In this document: in pieces, positions 9,331 to 17,391 of the stretch
Layout: the number at the start of each line of letters is the position of its first letter
How positions within the stretch are numbered: the stretch's first letter is position 1
Source of the DNA: Candidatus Acidiferrales bacterium
GTDB lineage: Bacteria; Acidobacteriota; Terriglobia; Acidiferrales; DATBWB01
DNA: 64,000 nucleotides
NCBI GenBank assembly: GCA_036514995.1
Contig: DATBWB010000062.1
Coordinates: forward strand, 3,550-67,549
Direction: 5' to 3'
Program-made: the position numbers and the translations under genes
The notes under the pieces: generated by a model
The model's database searches: none
What the model saw: the letters and a program-made list of their open reading frames with translations, nothing else
What the model was told of the DNA's origin: nothing

Positions 9331-9813
9331 CTATTTACCAGGGTTTTGCTGTTTCAGGCGTTCGATTTGGCCGATGTGGTTGGCGTCGTGGTTGGCCAGG
9401 GTCTGAACCAGGTCACCAAGGGTGTAATGCTTTTGATATTCGGGATGAAAGCCTTTGCGTTCCATGTCCTCCGGTGCAGCAAGGTCGAGAAGGCTGAGCG
9501 TGGCCTTGCGCGCTGCCCGAAAAAGCTCGAGCTTGTCAGCAAGGGCAGCCTCCCGGTAGCGGAATCGTTTGGCCCAGGCATTCTGATCAATCGGAGCGAA
9601 GGTTGGATTCGCGTCAGCCAGCACCTGCCGCATGCGGTAGCCATAGACGAGCTCGACATCCGCCAGATGAGCGACGATTTGGATGGGCGACCATTTGTCA
9701 GGCTGTGGCGGAGTGCGCAGGGCAGCGTCGCTCATGTCTCGGGTAACGTGCTCGAGCAGCGCCGGGCCTCGCTTCAATGCGTCCACTTGGCGTTCAAATT
9801 CTTGGAAAGTCAT
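9331..9813 (-). CDS. DinB-family (four-helix bundle, metal-binding) protein
   Basis: 160 aa with His motifs VAHLADVE and ANHDANHIGQIE, typical of the DinB/YfiT superfamily. Lies 23 nt downstream of ino1 on the same strand. Confidence 0.75.
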   Translation of the reverse strand: MTFQEFERQVDALKRGPALLEHVTRDMSDAALRTPPQPDKWSPIQIVAHLADVELVYGYRMRQVLADANPTFAPIDQNAWAKRFRYREAALADKLELFRAARKATLSLLDLAAPEDMERKGFHPEYQKHYTLGDLVQTLANHDANHIGQIERLKQQNPGK

Positions 9814-9836
9814 TTTCGAACCTTCCTGGCAAGCGA

Positions 9837-11150
9837 TTAGTCATAGTATTCCGTGCCCAGGTGCGTGATCAATTTCTCGCCCTTGAGCCAGCGGAGGGTG
9901 TTTTTGAGCTTCATGAGCTGGATGAAAAGGTCGTGCTCGGGATAAAGCTCAGGGGCGCACATGGGACTTTTGAAATAAAACGACAGCCACTCCTGGATGC
10001 CGCGCATCCGGGCGCGCTTGGCAAGATCGAGGAGGAGAACGAGATCGAGAACAATGGGCGCCGCCAGGATCGAATCGCGGCACAGGAAATCGATCTTGAT
10101 CTGCATCGGGTAGCCCAGCCAGCCGAAAATATCAATGCTGTCCCAGCCTTCCTTGTTATCGCCCCGAGGCGGATAGTAATTGATGCGCACCTTGTGGTAG
10201 AGCTTGCCGTAAAGCTCCGGATAGACCTGCGGTTGAAGGATGTATTCGAGCACGCCTAACTTGGATTCTTCTTTCGTTTTGAAGGATTCCGGGTCGTCCA
10301 GCACCTCGCCGTCCCGGTTGCCCAAAATGTTGGTGGAGAACCAGCCGTCCACGCCAAGCATGCGCGCTTTGAGCCCGGGGGCGACGATGGTTTTCATGAG
10401 CGTCTGTCCGGTCTTGAAGTCCTTGCCGCAGATCGGCACGTTGTTCGATTGCGCGAGTTCAATCATGGCCGGGATGTCCACGGTCAAGTTGGGCGCGCCA
10501 TTGGCAAAGGGGACGCCGCTCGTGATCGCCGCGTACGCGTAGATCATGCTGGGGGCAATGTCCTCGTGGTTTTCTTTGAGCGCGCGCACGAAGCTGGCGG
10601 CGTCCTTGTGGACCTCCGAGGGTTTGCGATACACCTCGGTGGAAGCGCACCAAACCATGATCAGGCGGTCGCACTTGTTCTTCTCCTTGAACTTCGCCAT
10701 ATCGTCCTTGAGCTTCAGGGCAAGATCCCACTTCGTTTTGGCTTTTTTGACGTTGGACCCGTCGAGCCTCTTGACGTAGTTTTTATGGAAGACCGCCTTC
10801 ATGGGTCGGATGCTGTTCAAAAAGGGTTTCAACTGGTGCACGAGCGAGCGCTCGAGCACGCCGGCCTTGATCGCTGCCTGGTAGGCGCTATCCGGGAAAA
10901 TATCCCAGCCGCCAAACACCAGATCGTCGAGAGAAGCAAGCGGCACAAATTCGCTGATCTTCGGTACGCGATTTTCCGTACGCTTGCCAAGCCGAATGGT
11001 ACCCAACTGGGTCAACGAACCGAAAGGCTTGGCCAGGCCGCGGCGCACGGCTTCCACGCCGGCGAAAAAAGTGGTTGTCACCGCCCCCATGCCGGGTGTG
11101 AGGACTCCAATCTTGCCCTTGGCCGGAGGAATTTTGGCAGGACGCTCCAT
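9837..11150 (-). CDS. ino1: Inositol-3-phosphate synthase (myo-inositol-1-phosphate synthase)
   Basis: 437 aa. The N-terminal GVLTPGMGAVTTTFFAGVEA Rossmann region and overall sequence are recognisable as bacterial/archaeal-type MIPS. Confidence 0.85.
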   Translation of the reverse strand: MERPAKIPPAKGKIGVLTPGMGAVTTTFFAGVEAVRRGLAKPFGSLTQLGTIRLGKRTENRVPKISEFVPLASLDDLVFGGWDIFPDSAYQAAIKAGVLERSLVHQLKPFLNSIRPMKAVFHKNYVKRLDGSNVKKAKTKWDLALKLKDDMAKFKEKNKCDRLIMVWCASTEVYRKPSEVHKDAASFVRALKENHEDIAPSMIYAYAAITSGVPFANGAPNLTVDIPAMIELAQSNNVPICGKDFKTGQTLMKTIVAPGLKARMLGVDGWFSTNILGNRDGEVLDDPESFKTKEESKLGVLEYILQPQVYPELYGKLYHKVRINYYPPRGDNKEGWDSIDIFGWLGYPMQIKIDFLCRDSILAAPIVLDLVLLLDLAKRARMRGIQEWLSFYFKSPMCAPELYPEHDLFIQLMKLKNTLRWLKGEKLITHLGTEYYD

Positions 11151-11452
11151 AAATTCAGGTTTCTCCTCGGCAATGGTTTGCCCCGTGCCATGTGGTAAGG
11201 GGCTTCGAAACGGTCGCCGCTGAGCGATGCGCTATGATGTCGAAAATGCTCTTGCCTTGCAACCCCTCTCTGGCACCACGGTCGGCATGCTGGAATGCTC
11301 GATGGAGGCCCCGGTCTTCTCAAAACAACTTGTTTACGTGCTTTAGGTGTATCCGAGCCGGCACAAGTGGTGCGATGTCGAGCCTGTCCAGCAGGCTTGA
11401 AAGGCCGCGGCGGCTTGCCGGCGAAACAGCCGGCACACTCTCTCGCCGCGGA

Positions 11453-13186
11453 CTACGGCCCATTTCCCCTCAACTCCGCCATCATCTTGTCGAGGGGGAG
11501 GGTATTGAGGACATCCTTCTTTTCGAGCCAGCCGCGCCGGGCCATCTTCACACCGTATGGCATCCACTCCAGGTGGGTGGTGGCGTGGGCATCGGTGGAA
11601 ATAACGATTTTCACTCCCCGCTCCTTGGCCATGCGAAGGTGAATGTCCTTCAAGTCCAGCCTGTCGGGAAAGGCATTCAGTTCCATCACCACGCCGCGCT
11701 TCTTGGCCTCGTCCAAAACCTTTTGGATATCAAAGGGGAAGGGATCGCGACGCAACAGCAGGCGTCCGGTGGGATGGGCCAGAATCTGAAGGCGCTTGTT
11801 CGCCATGGCGCGCAGCAGCCGGTCGGTCATGGCGGACGATTCCATGTTCATGTAGGAGTGGACAGAGCAAACGACAACGTCGAGCTGCGCCAAGACTTCG
11901 TCATCCAGATCGAGCGAGCCGTCTTTGTTGATGTCCACTTCCATCCCGGCCAAGAGCCGAATGCCGTCGGTGCGTTTTTGGGCCTCGCGAATTTTCTTGA
12001 TCTGCTGGAGCGCGCGCTTCTCATCGAGGCCGTTCGCCACCGTGACCGCTTTGGAATGTTCGGTAAGTGCGATGTACTTGTAGCCGAGCCTCTTGGCGGC
12101 CTGTGCCATCTCCTCAATGGAGTTTTTGCCGTCGCTGGCGGTGGTGTGCATCTGAAGGTCGCCGCGAATGTCGTTGAGCGCAACCAGCCGGGGAAGCTTG
12201 TTTTTCAGCGCGGCCTCGATTTCGCCGGTGTTCTCTCGAAGTTCGGGTTCAATGTAGTGCAAGCCGAGGCGGTGGTAGATTTCTTCCTCGGTGCGGCTGG
12301 CCACTATGCGGTTGCCCTTGAGGGTGGATAGCCCGTATTCGTTCAGCGTATAGCCCAGTTTGTTGGCCAGGCCGCGGAGGGCGATATTATGCTCCTTGGA
12401 ACCGGTGAAGTACATCAACGCCGCGCCAAAATTCTTCTTGTCCAAAATGCGCACGTCCACTTGCAGGGTATTTCTTAGCCGGAAACTGACCTTGTTCTCC
12501 CCGTGAGCCAGCACCTGGTCAATCTCGGGGTATTTCAAGGTGTGCTCGCTCACCGCTTTGCCGTTTTCGGAAATCAGCAGCAAGTCGAGATCGCCGATGG
12601 TCTCCTTGCCGCGGCGGAGAGAGCCAGCCGGGGTGATGCTCTCGACGCGGTCCCCGAGCCTTTCGATATAATCCACAAGCAATGCCGCCGTGCCGTCGGC
12701 CACGTGGATGTGGAACCGGCCGGCCGAACGTTTGTGGACTTCAACCGCCTTCAAAATGTTTTGCTCGGTCTTTTCGCCAAAGCCAGCCAGGTCGCGCAAC
12801 TTGCCCTCGCGGGCAAGATTTTCAACGTCCGAGACAGTGCCCGCTTTGAAAGTTTTCCAGAGGACAGCAACCTTCTTGGGACCAAGCCCTTGCAGCGAGA
12901 GGACCTCCAGGATGGTCGGCGGATATTTCTTGAGCAGTTGCCGGTGAAGTTTGTAGCCGCCGGTGCTCACGATTTCCTGGATATGCTCGGCCATGCGATC
13001 GCCAATCGCGGGAAGCGCCGTCAAATCCCCGGCGGGGTCGCGGGCAATGTCTTCGATGCGCTCGGATAGGGATTCAATCACCTGGGCAGACTTCTCGTAG
13101 CTGCGGTAGCGGCCAATCTGAGCGCCATCGAGCTCGAGCAGGTTGGCGGTCTCGCGCAGGATCTTGGCAATCTCCCGATTTTCCAT
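11453..13186 (-). CDS. polX: DNA polymerase/3'-5' exonuclease PolX (Pol beta-like N-terminus plus PHP domain)
   Basis: N-terminal HhH region MENREIAKILRETANLLEL, a nucleotidyltransferase core (GSLRRGKETIGDLDLL) and a C-terminal PHP domain (GDLQMHTTASDG, ISTDAH). Confidence 0.9.
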   Translation of the reverse strand: MENREIAKILRETANLLELDGAQIGRYRSYEKSAQVIESLSERIEDIARDPAGDLTALPAIGDRMAEHIQEIVSTGGYKLHRQLLKKYPPTILEVLSLQGLGPKKVAVLWKTFKAGTVSDVENLAREGKLRDLAGFGEKTEQNILKAVEVHKRSAGRFHIHVADGTAALLVDYIERLGDRVESITPAGSLRRGKETIGDLDLLLISENGKAVSEHTLKYPEIDQVLAHGENKVSFRLRNTLQVDVRILDKKNFGAALMYFTGSKEHNIALRGLANKLGYTLNEYGLSTLKGNRIVASRTEEEIYHRLGLHYIEPELRENTGEIEAALKNKLPRLVALNDIRGDLQMHTTASDGKNSIEEMAQAAKRLGYKYIALTEHSKAVTVANGLDEKRALQQIKKIREAQKRTDGIRLLAGMEVDINKDGSLDLDDEVLAQLDVVVCSVHSYMNMESSAMTDRLLRAMANKRLQILAHPTGRLLLRRDPFPFDIQKVLDEAKKRGVVMELNAFPDRLDLKDIHLRMAKERGVKIVISTDAHATTHLEWMPYGVKMARRGWLEKKDVLNTLPLDKMMAELRGNGP

Positions 13187-13223
13187 GCCGAACTCCGTCG
13201 AAGATTATAAGCGAAACCACGAC

Positions 13224-14240
13224 CTAACAATGGAGCTCAATGACGTCGCGATCCACCAGCGCGTAGTCGCGCTGGACCATCTGGCCTTCAAACTTTCCGT
13301 GGCCCCAAACGCGAGCGTATCGAAAGGATTGGGCAAGATCCTTGTGGACGCGTTCGGCGAGGGTGACGACGGTGGCGCCGCGCTTCAGGACATAGGGCGC
13401 GGTGTAGTCCGCTTTCTTGCCGGGTGCTTTTGTGTAAACGCGCAGAATATCCAGCCGGGTGAAGATGGCGCGCTTCAAATCCTCAAGCCCCTCGCCCGAA
13501 TCCGCAGACACAGAAATCATGGGGAACCGGCCGCGATAGAGTTCCTCAAGCGCCGAAGCATTTTCTCCGGCCCCGGGCATATCTCGCTTGTTGGCCACCA
13601 GGAGCGTTGGGAGCGCAATGCATCCGGCCGGAGTGGCCGTTCCGGCAGGGAGGCCTGCTGGCCGGTCAAGCAGAGGCTGGTGCCGCAGGAGGATCCTCGA
13701 TTTTTCCAATTGGCCGACCGTGGTTTCAATCTCGTCCAGCAAATCGGGCGCACCCAGATCTACCACCAGCAAGGCTGCATCGGCGTAACGAATCACCTGC
13801 GGCAGCCAACTTTCCAAAGATTGCGGATGGACGGGCGGCAAATCAACAAGCTGAATTTGAATGTCTTCAAACGGCATCATGCCGGGACAGGGCAGGCGCG
13901 TGGTGAAGGGATACTCAGCCACCTCCGGCGTGGCGTGCGTCAGTTTCCGAACAAGAAGCGATTTGCCGGTGTTGGGGGCGCCGATCAAAACCACCTGGCC
14001 GGCGCCCTGCTTTTCGATATGGGGAACAGCAGCACCGCGGGCAGGCCCGCCCTTGTGCTGCAGCTCGCCGCGCACCTTGGCCATACGGCGCTTGATGTCC
14101 GCCTGCATTTTCTCGGTGCCTTTATGTTTGGGAATCGTCGCAAGCATCTCTTCGAGGGCGTCAAGTTTTTCGCTGCCCGTTTGTGCGGCTTTGAACCGCT
14201 TTTCGGCGTGGAGGTATTCAGGGGTGAGATTGGCCGGCAT
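13224..14240 (-). CDS. DRG-like P-loop GTPase with C-terminal TGS domain (atypical G3)
   Basis: G1 GAPNTGKS, G2 FTT, G4 NKRD, G5 VSA. C-terminal TGS-like RVYTKAPGKK...YARVWG...VQRDYALVDRDVIEL. The G3 position reads DLPP instead of DxxG. Confidence 0.8.
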   Translation of the reverse strand: MPANLTPEYLHAEKRFKAAQTGSEKLDALEEMLATIPKHKGTEKMQADIKRRMAKVRGELQHKGGPARGAAVPHIEKQGAGQVVLIGAPNTGKSLLVRKLTHATPEVAEYPFTTRLPCPGMMPFEDIQIQLVDLPPVHPQSLESWLPQVIRYADAALLVVDLGAPDLLDEIETTVGQLEKSRILLRHQPLLDRPAGLPAGTATPAGCIALPTLLVANKRDMPGAGENASALEELYRGRFPMISVSADSGEGLEDLKRAIFTRLDILRVYTKAPGKKADYTAPYVLKRGATVVTLAERVHKDLAQSFRYARVWGHGKFEGQMVQRDYALVDRDVIELHC

Positions 14241-14430
14241 GCTGGCCCTCGTTCCCTCCCATTATCGCTCAGCCTAAAATGAAATGGGTAGCGAAGCCTG
14301 CTCTTCTTTGAAGGGTCTTGGTTTTTATCAGAAAAAAACGAAGCCCTAATCCCCATCCCTAAACTTCGGGGCAGTCCAATCTTTGCTACCGGAAAGGACG
14401 AGGGCGATTGGGGCGTGCCCATTCGAGGTG

Positions 14431-14470
14431 GGCAAACAAATGGAGGCCGCCGCTTCCGCGGAGGCCTCCG
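14431..14470 (-). terminator. Intrinsic terminator downstream of cspA
   Basis: GC-rich hairpin GGAGGCC..GGCCTCC (14442-14469), followed on the minus strand by TTTGTTTG. It lies 20 nt after the cspA stop. Confidence 0.6.
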
Positions 14471-14489
14471 AAGTTGTCGTCGGTGAGGT

Positions 14490-14696
14490 TTATGATATCT
14501 TGACGACGTTGGCAGCCTGGGGTCCCTTCTGGCCCTGAACGATCTCGAACTCGACCAATTCCCCTTCTTGCAGGGTCTTGTAGCTATCACCGACGATCGC
14601 GGTGTAGTGCACAAAAACGTCGGTACCGTCGTCCTGGCCGATGAAGCCGTACCCCTTGCTGTTATTGAACCATTTTACGCGTCCTGTCGCTTTCAC
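14490..14696 (-). CDS. cspA: Cold-shock protein (CspA family)
   Basis: 68 aa with RNP1 KGYGFI and RNP2 VFVHY motifs. Confidence 0.95.
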   Translation of the reverse strand: MKATGRVKWFNNSKGYGFIGQDDGTDVFVHYTAIVGDSYKTLQEGELVEFEIVQGQKGPQAANVVKIS

Positions 14697-14930
14697 TTAC
14701 CTTCCTCCTGAGAGACATTCAAGCTGTTGTGTGCCGTCATCCCGCCATGGCAGGAGTCGCCCTTGAATAGAAAAAAATCCGCCGCGCCCTGTGGTTCCGG
14801 TCGTTCGCGTACCATTCGGCAAGCCCGCAACAGCAGCGAATTCTACCAAAGGCGCTTGGACTGTCAAGTGGCAAGCCGGGCTGGCCTGCACTGGGGTTTT
14901 TTCGAAGCAGCCGAATGTTTTCATGCAGGT
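14697..14930 (-). promoter_or_regulatory. Long untranslated leader/promoter region of cspA
   Basis: 234-bp gap upstream of cspA with no credible ORF. CspA-family mRNAs classically carry long structured 5' UTRs; the boundaries here are not determined. Confidence 0.35.
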
Positions 14931-15527
14931 TCATGCCGGACGCCCCAACCGTGGCCCAAGCGTCGCATCAGCTCTTCGTTTGGAAAAGATCGCATAAAAC
15001 AGGATGCCGGCGATGGACTTGGCGTCCGCAATCCTTCCGCGGCGGATCATCCGCAGCAATTGCGACAAGGAGAATTTCCGCGAGACGATCCTTTCGTCGT
15101 CCTCCGGCGCTGCCTGGCCCGGGCGCAAGCCTTCCAGGCGATAGAGAACCATCCTTTCGCTCACAAAGCCCGGAGTCGGGAAAAAGGCGAGTAGCCGGAC
15201 ACAGCGCGCGGCCCGGTATCCAGCTTCTTCCCTCAACTCACGGCGCGCAGCGGCGAGCGGCGATTCGCCCGGCTCGATGTGCCCGGCGACCAGTTCCCAG
15301 AGAGAACGCTTGACCGCGTGGCGATATTGCCGGACCATGAGAATCTTCCCGTCGGGAAAGATGGGCAGCAGGACAACCGAGCCACGGTGTTCCACCACGT
15401 CGCGGATGGCTTTGATATTTCCCGGTTCGACGACCAGGTCCCGCCGGACAGTAAAGATCGGGCCCCGGAAGATGACCCGAGAACCTTTGACCTTACACTT
15501 GGATGAAAGTTTCATTTTGGCGCTCAT
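14931..15527 (-). CDS. NUDIX hydrolase (ADP-ribose pyrophosphatase-like)
   Basis: Nudix box GHIEPGESPLAAARRELREEAGY. Start taken at the ATG at 15527 (MSAKMKL); the longer ORF reaches 15596. Confidence 0.85.
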   Translation of the reverse strand: MSAKMKLSSKCKVKGSRVIFRGPIFTVRRDLVVEPGNIKAIRDVVEHRGSVVLLPIFPDGKILMVRQYRHAVKRSLWELVAGHIEPGESPLAAARRELREEAGYRAARCVRLLAFFPTPGFVSERMVLYRLEGLRPGQAAPEDDERIVSRKFSLSQLLRMIRRGRIADAKSIAGILFYAIFSKRRADATLGPRLGRPA

Positions 15528-15623
15528 CTTCACGCACATGAGCGGGGCAGGCATGCCCGGCCTGGGCAACACAGAATCACAAAGCAGGCCGCCCATGCCC
15601 GGGCAGCCGCTCTTGCTCGAGGA

Positions 15624-16403
15624 TTATTTCTTTTCCTCCGCCCACAACCGCGCCAGCTCGTTATACTTCTCCGGATACTGCGGGCTGTAACGCAAGAAGG
15701 TCGGAATCGGGTAGCGAATGCCGCCGGCGTAGGTACCTTTGAGGCCATCCACCAATTCTTCCATCTTCGATGCCGGCAAGGAGAAAGCCATTTCCCAATC
15801 CTCGGTGTGAGCGAACACGCGGTCGCCATAGCAGGGCAAGATCACCTGGTAGTCCTGGCTTTCGATCGTGCGAATGATCTCATCGGAGCAATCGAGGCGA
15901 CCGGTGAAGGAAGAGGTGAGGGCGCCTCCGCGCTTCCACAGCGCCGCCGTGACAAGCCGCAACACCTGCGCCGAATTGCCGTACATGAGCAGAACATCGG
16001 GCGAATAGTCGGCTCGAGCGGCCGGCCCAACCAGGATGCGGTCGTATTTGCCGTGAGGAAATTTGTGCGTTGCGGCTTCCGTTTTCGCGCCGGCCGCTTT
16101 CGTTTCCGTGTACATGCCGCAGGCACAGTTGCCCTCGGAGTAGTAAGGAAGCTCTTTCTCAAAGCCAAATGCGGTTTTGGTGAGCACGCAATTCACGTCC
16201 TCGCGCCCGACAGCCAGCGTCCAACCGTACCGCCGCGCCATGCTGACCGCCTGGCACACGGCGATTTCAATGTTCAGGTCGCGCTTGGGCTGCTTGACTT
16301 TTGCCGGCGGAACTTCGCCCGGCGCGAGCATGCGAATGGCCAGCGGAAATGTGGCGGGCCGAAGGAAAGAATCAACGTGTTGCGCGAACTCTCTTGCCTC
16401 CAT
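15624..16403 (-). CDS. DUF169-family protein (function unknown)
   Basis: 259-aa ORF with coding-like composition. Family assignment is from memory of DUF169-type sequence (FPLAIRML...CQAVSMARRYGW...) and was not verified. Confidence 0.6.
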   Translation of the reverse strand: MEAREFAQHVDSFLRPATFPLAIRMLAPGEVPPAKVKQPKRDLNIEIAVCQAVSMARRYGWTLAVGREDVNCVLTKTAFGFEKELPYYSEGNCACGMYTETKAAGAKTEAATHKFPHGKYDRILVGPAARADYSPDVLLMYGNSAQVLRLVTAALWKRGGALTSSFTGRLDCSDEIIRTIESQDYQVILPCYGDRVFAHTEDWEMAFSLPASKMEELVDGLKGTYAGGIRYPIPTFLRYSPQYPEKYNELARLWAEEKK

Positions 16404-16448
16404 TCACCACCTCTCGGCTACTATAGCATATCGTCTGGCGCTGTCAGG

Positions 16449-16477
16449 TTGACCGTGGCGGCAGCGGTGTCTATACT
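16449..16477 (+). promoter_or_regulatory. Sigma70-like promoter upstream of the LytTR regulator gene
   Basis: TTGACC (16449-16454), exactly 17 nt of spacer, then TATACT (16472-16477). About 45 nt upstream of the ATG at 16523. Confidence 0.45.
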
Positions 16478-16522
16478 TTTGGGCGTCGTCGGGGGGGTGC
16501 CGGGTTGGCGAGCGACCAAGAG

Positions 16523-17293
16523 ATGCAGATTTCTGCCCTCATCGTTGATGATGAGAAGCCGGCTCGAGACGAGCTGGCCTTCCTGCTGAAAGCTTTTCCA
16601 GAAATCAATCTGATCGCGCAGGGCCGGAACGGCGTGGAGGCGGTTCAGCTTATCAAGGAACACGACCCGGACCTGGTTTTCCTGGACGTGCAGATGCCGG
16701 GACTCGATGGTTTTGGGGTGATCAAGAAGCTTGTGGACAGACATCTTCGTGTGCCCTACATCGTTTTCGCCACGGCGTACGATCATTACGCGGTGCATGC
16801 CTTTGAAGTGAACGCGGTGGACTATCTCCTCAAACCTTTCGACAAGCTTCGGGTGGGCAAAGCGGTGGCGCGGGCACGAAAGCTCCTGGAAGCGCGATCG
16901 TCGCCGGCCGAGCGCATTGAGTCGCTCATCCATCAGCTTGAGCGGAAGCCCGGCAAGAGGGTCAAGCTGCTCCTCAAAAGCGCTCAACGGCTGTTCCTGA
17001 TTGACGCGGAAGAGATGATCTATTCCTCCATCGAGGACGGTCTCATTACGATTGTGACGCGAGAGTTGGAAGGCCAATCGAACTTCCGGACGATCGAAGA
17101 GTTGCAAGGCAGCCTCGACGCGAGCGTTTTCTGGCGCGCGCATCGCTCTTATCTGGTCAACATCAACCGGATCAAAGAGGTTGTGCCCTGGTTCAAGTCC
17201 TCCTACCAACTGCGCATGGACGACAAGAAACAAACCGAGATTCCGGTCAGCCGCGCCCAGACAAAACGCCTGCGCGAACTGCTCAAGCTGTAA
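16523..17293 (+). CDS. LytR/AlgR-family response regulator (receiver plus LytTR DNA-binding domain)
   Basis: Receiver domain ALIVDDE..DLVFLDVQMPGLDG. C-terminal LytTR domain (FFRAHRSYLVNINRIKEV). No histidine kinase gene is adjacent. Confidence 0.9.
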   Translation: MQISALIVDDEKPARDELAFLLKAFPEINLIAQGRNGVEAVQLIKEHDPDLVFLDVQMPGLDGFGVIKKLVDRHLRVPYIVFATAYDHYAVHAFEVNAVDYLLKPFDKLRVGKAVARARKLLEARSSPAERIESLIHQLERKPGKRVKLLLKSAQRLFLIDAEEMIYSSIEDGLITIVTRELEGQSNFRTIEELQGSLDASVFWRAHRSYLVNINRIKEVVPWFKSSYQLRMDDKKQTEIPVSRAQTKRLRELLKL

Positions 17294-17294
17294 T

Positions 17295-17329
17295 TCGAAA
17301 ACCGAAAGTCGAAAAGCGAAAATCGAAAA
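17295..17329 (+). repeat. Heptad tandem array CGAAAAC CGAAAGT CGAAAAG CGAAAAT CGAAAAG (5 copies)
   Basis: Read directly from the sequence. It begins 2 nt after the TAA of the LytTR regulator gene and ends 62 nt upstream of the next gene. Confidence 0.9.
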
Positions 17330-17391
17330 GTGGGAACGAGCTGACGCAGTTTCCACGAGACCGATTGTTCATTTGCTTAGTGGGGTGAAAG

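Noticed and set aside
11271-11287. TGGCACCACGGTCGGCA looks like a sigma54 -24/-12 promoter
   Set aside because: The -12 element is TCGG rather than TTGC, and the motif points into the antisense strand of polX with no downstream plus-strand gene. A second weak candidate at 1415-1430 lacks the invariant GG.
11192-12331. 379-aa plus-strand ORF (with similar cases at 13143..14282, 21728..22834, 30817..31875, 8435..9031, 5312..6169 and 20232..21666)
   Set aside because: All are antisense or out-of-frame shadows of confidently identified genes (polX, the GTPase, hemA, ldcA, the 5'-nucleotidase, sdhA, hemC). They are Arg/Gly/His-rich with no motifs.
16421-17356. 311-aa ORF on the minus strand covering the entire LytTR regulator gene
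   Set aside because: It is exactly antisense to a gene with clear receiver and LytTR motifs. Long antisense ORFs are expected in GC-rich DNA, it has no recognisable motif, and its composition is typical of a shadow frame.
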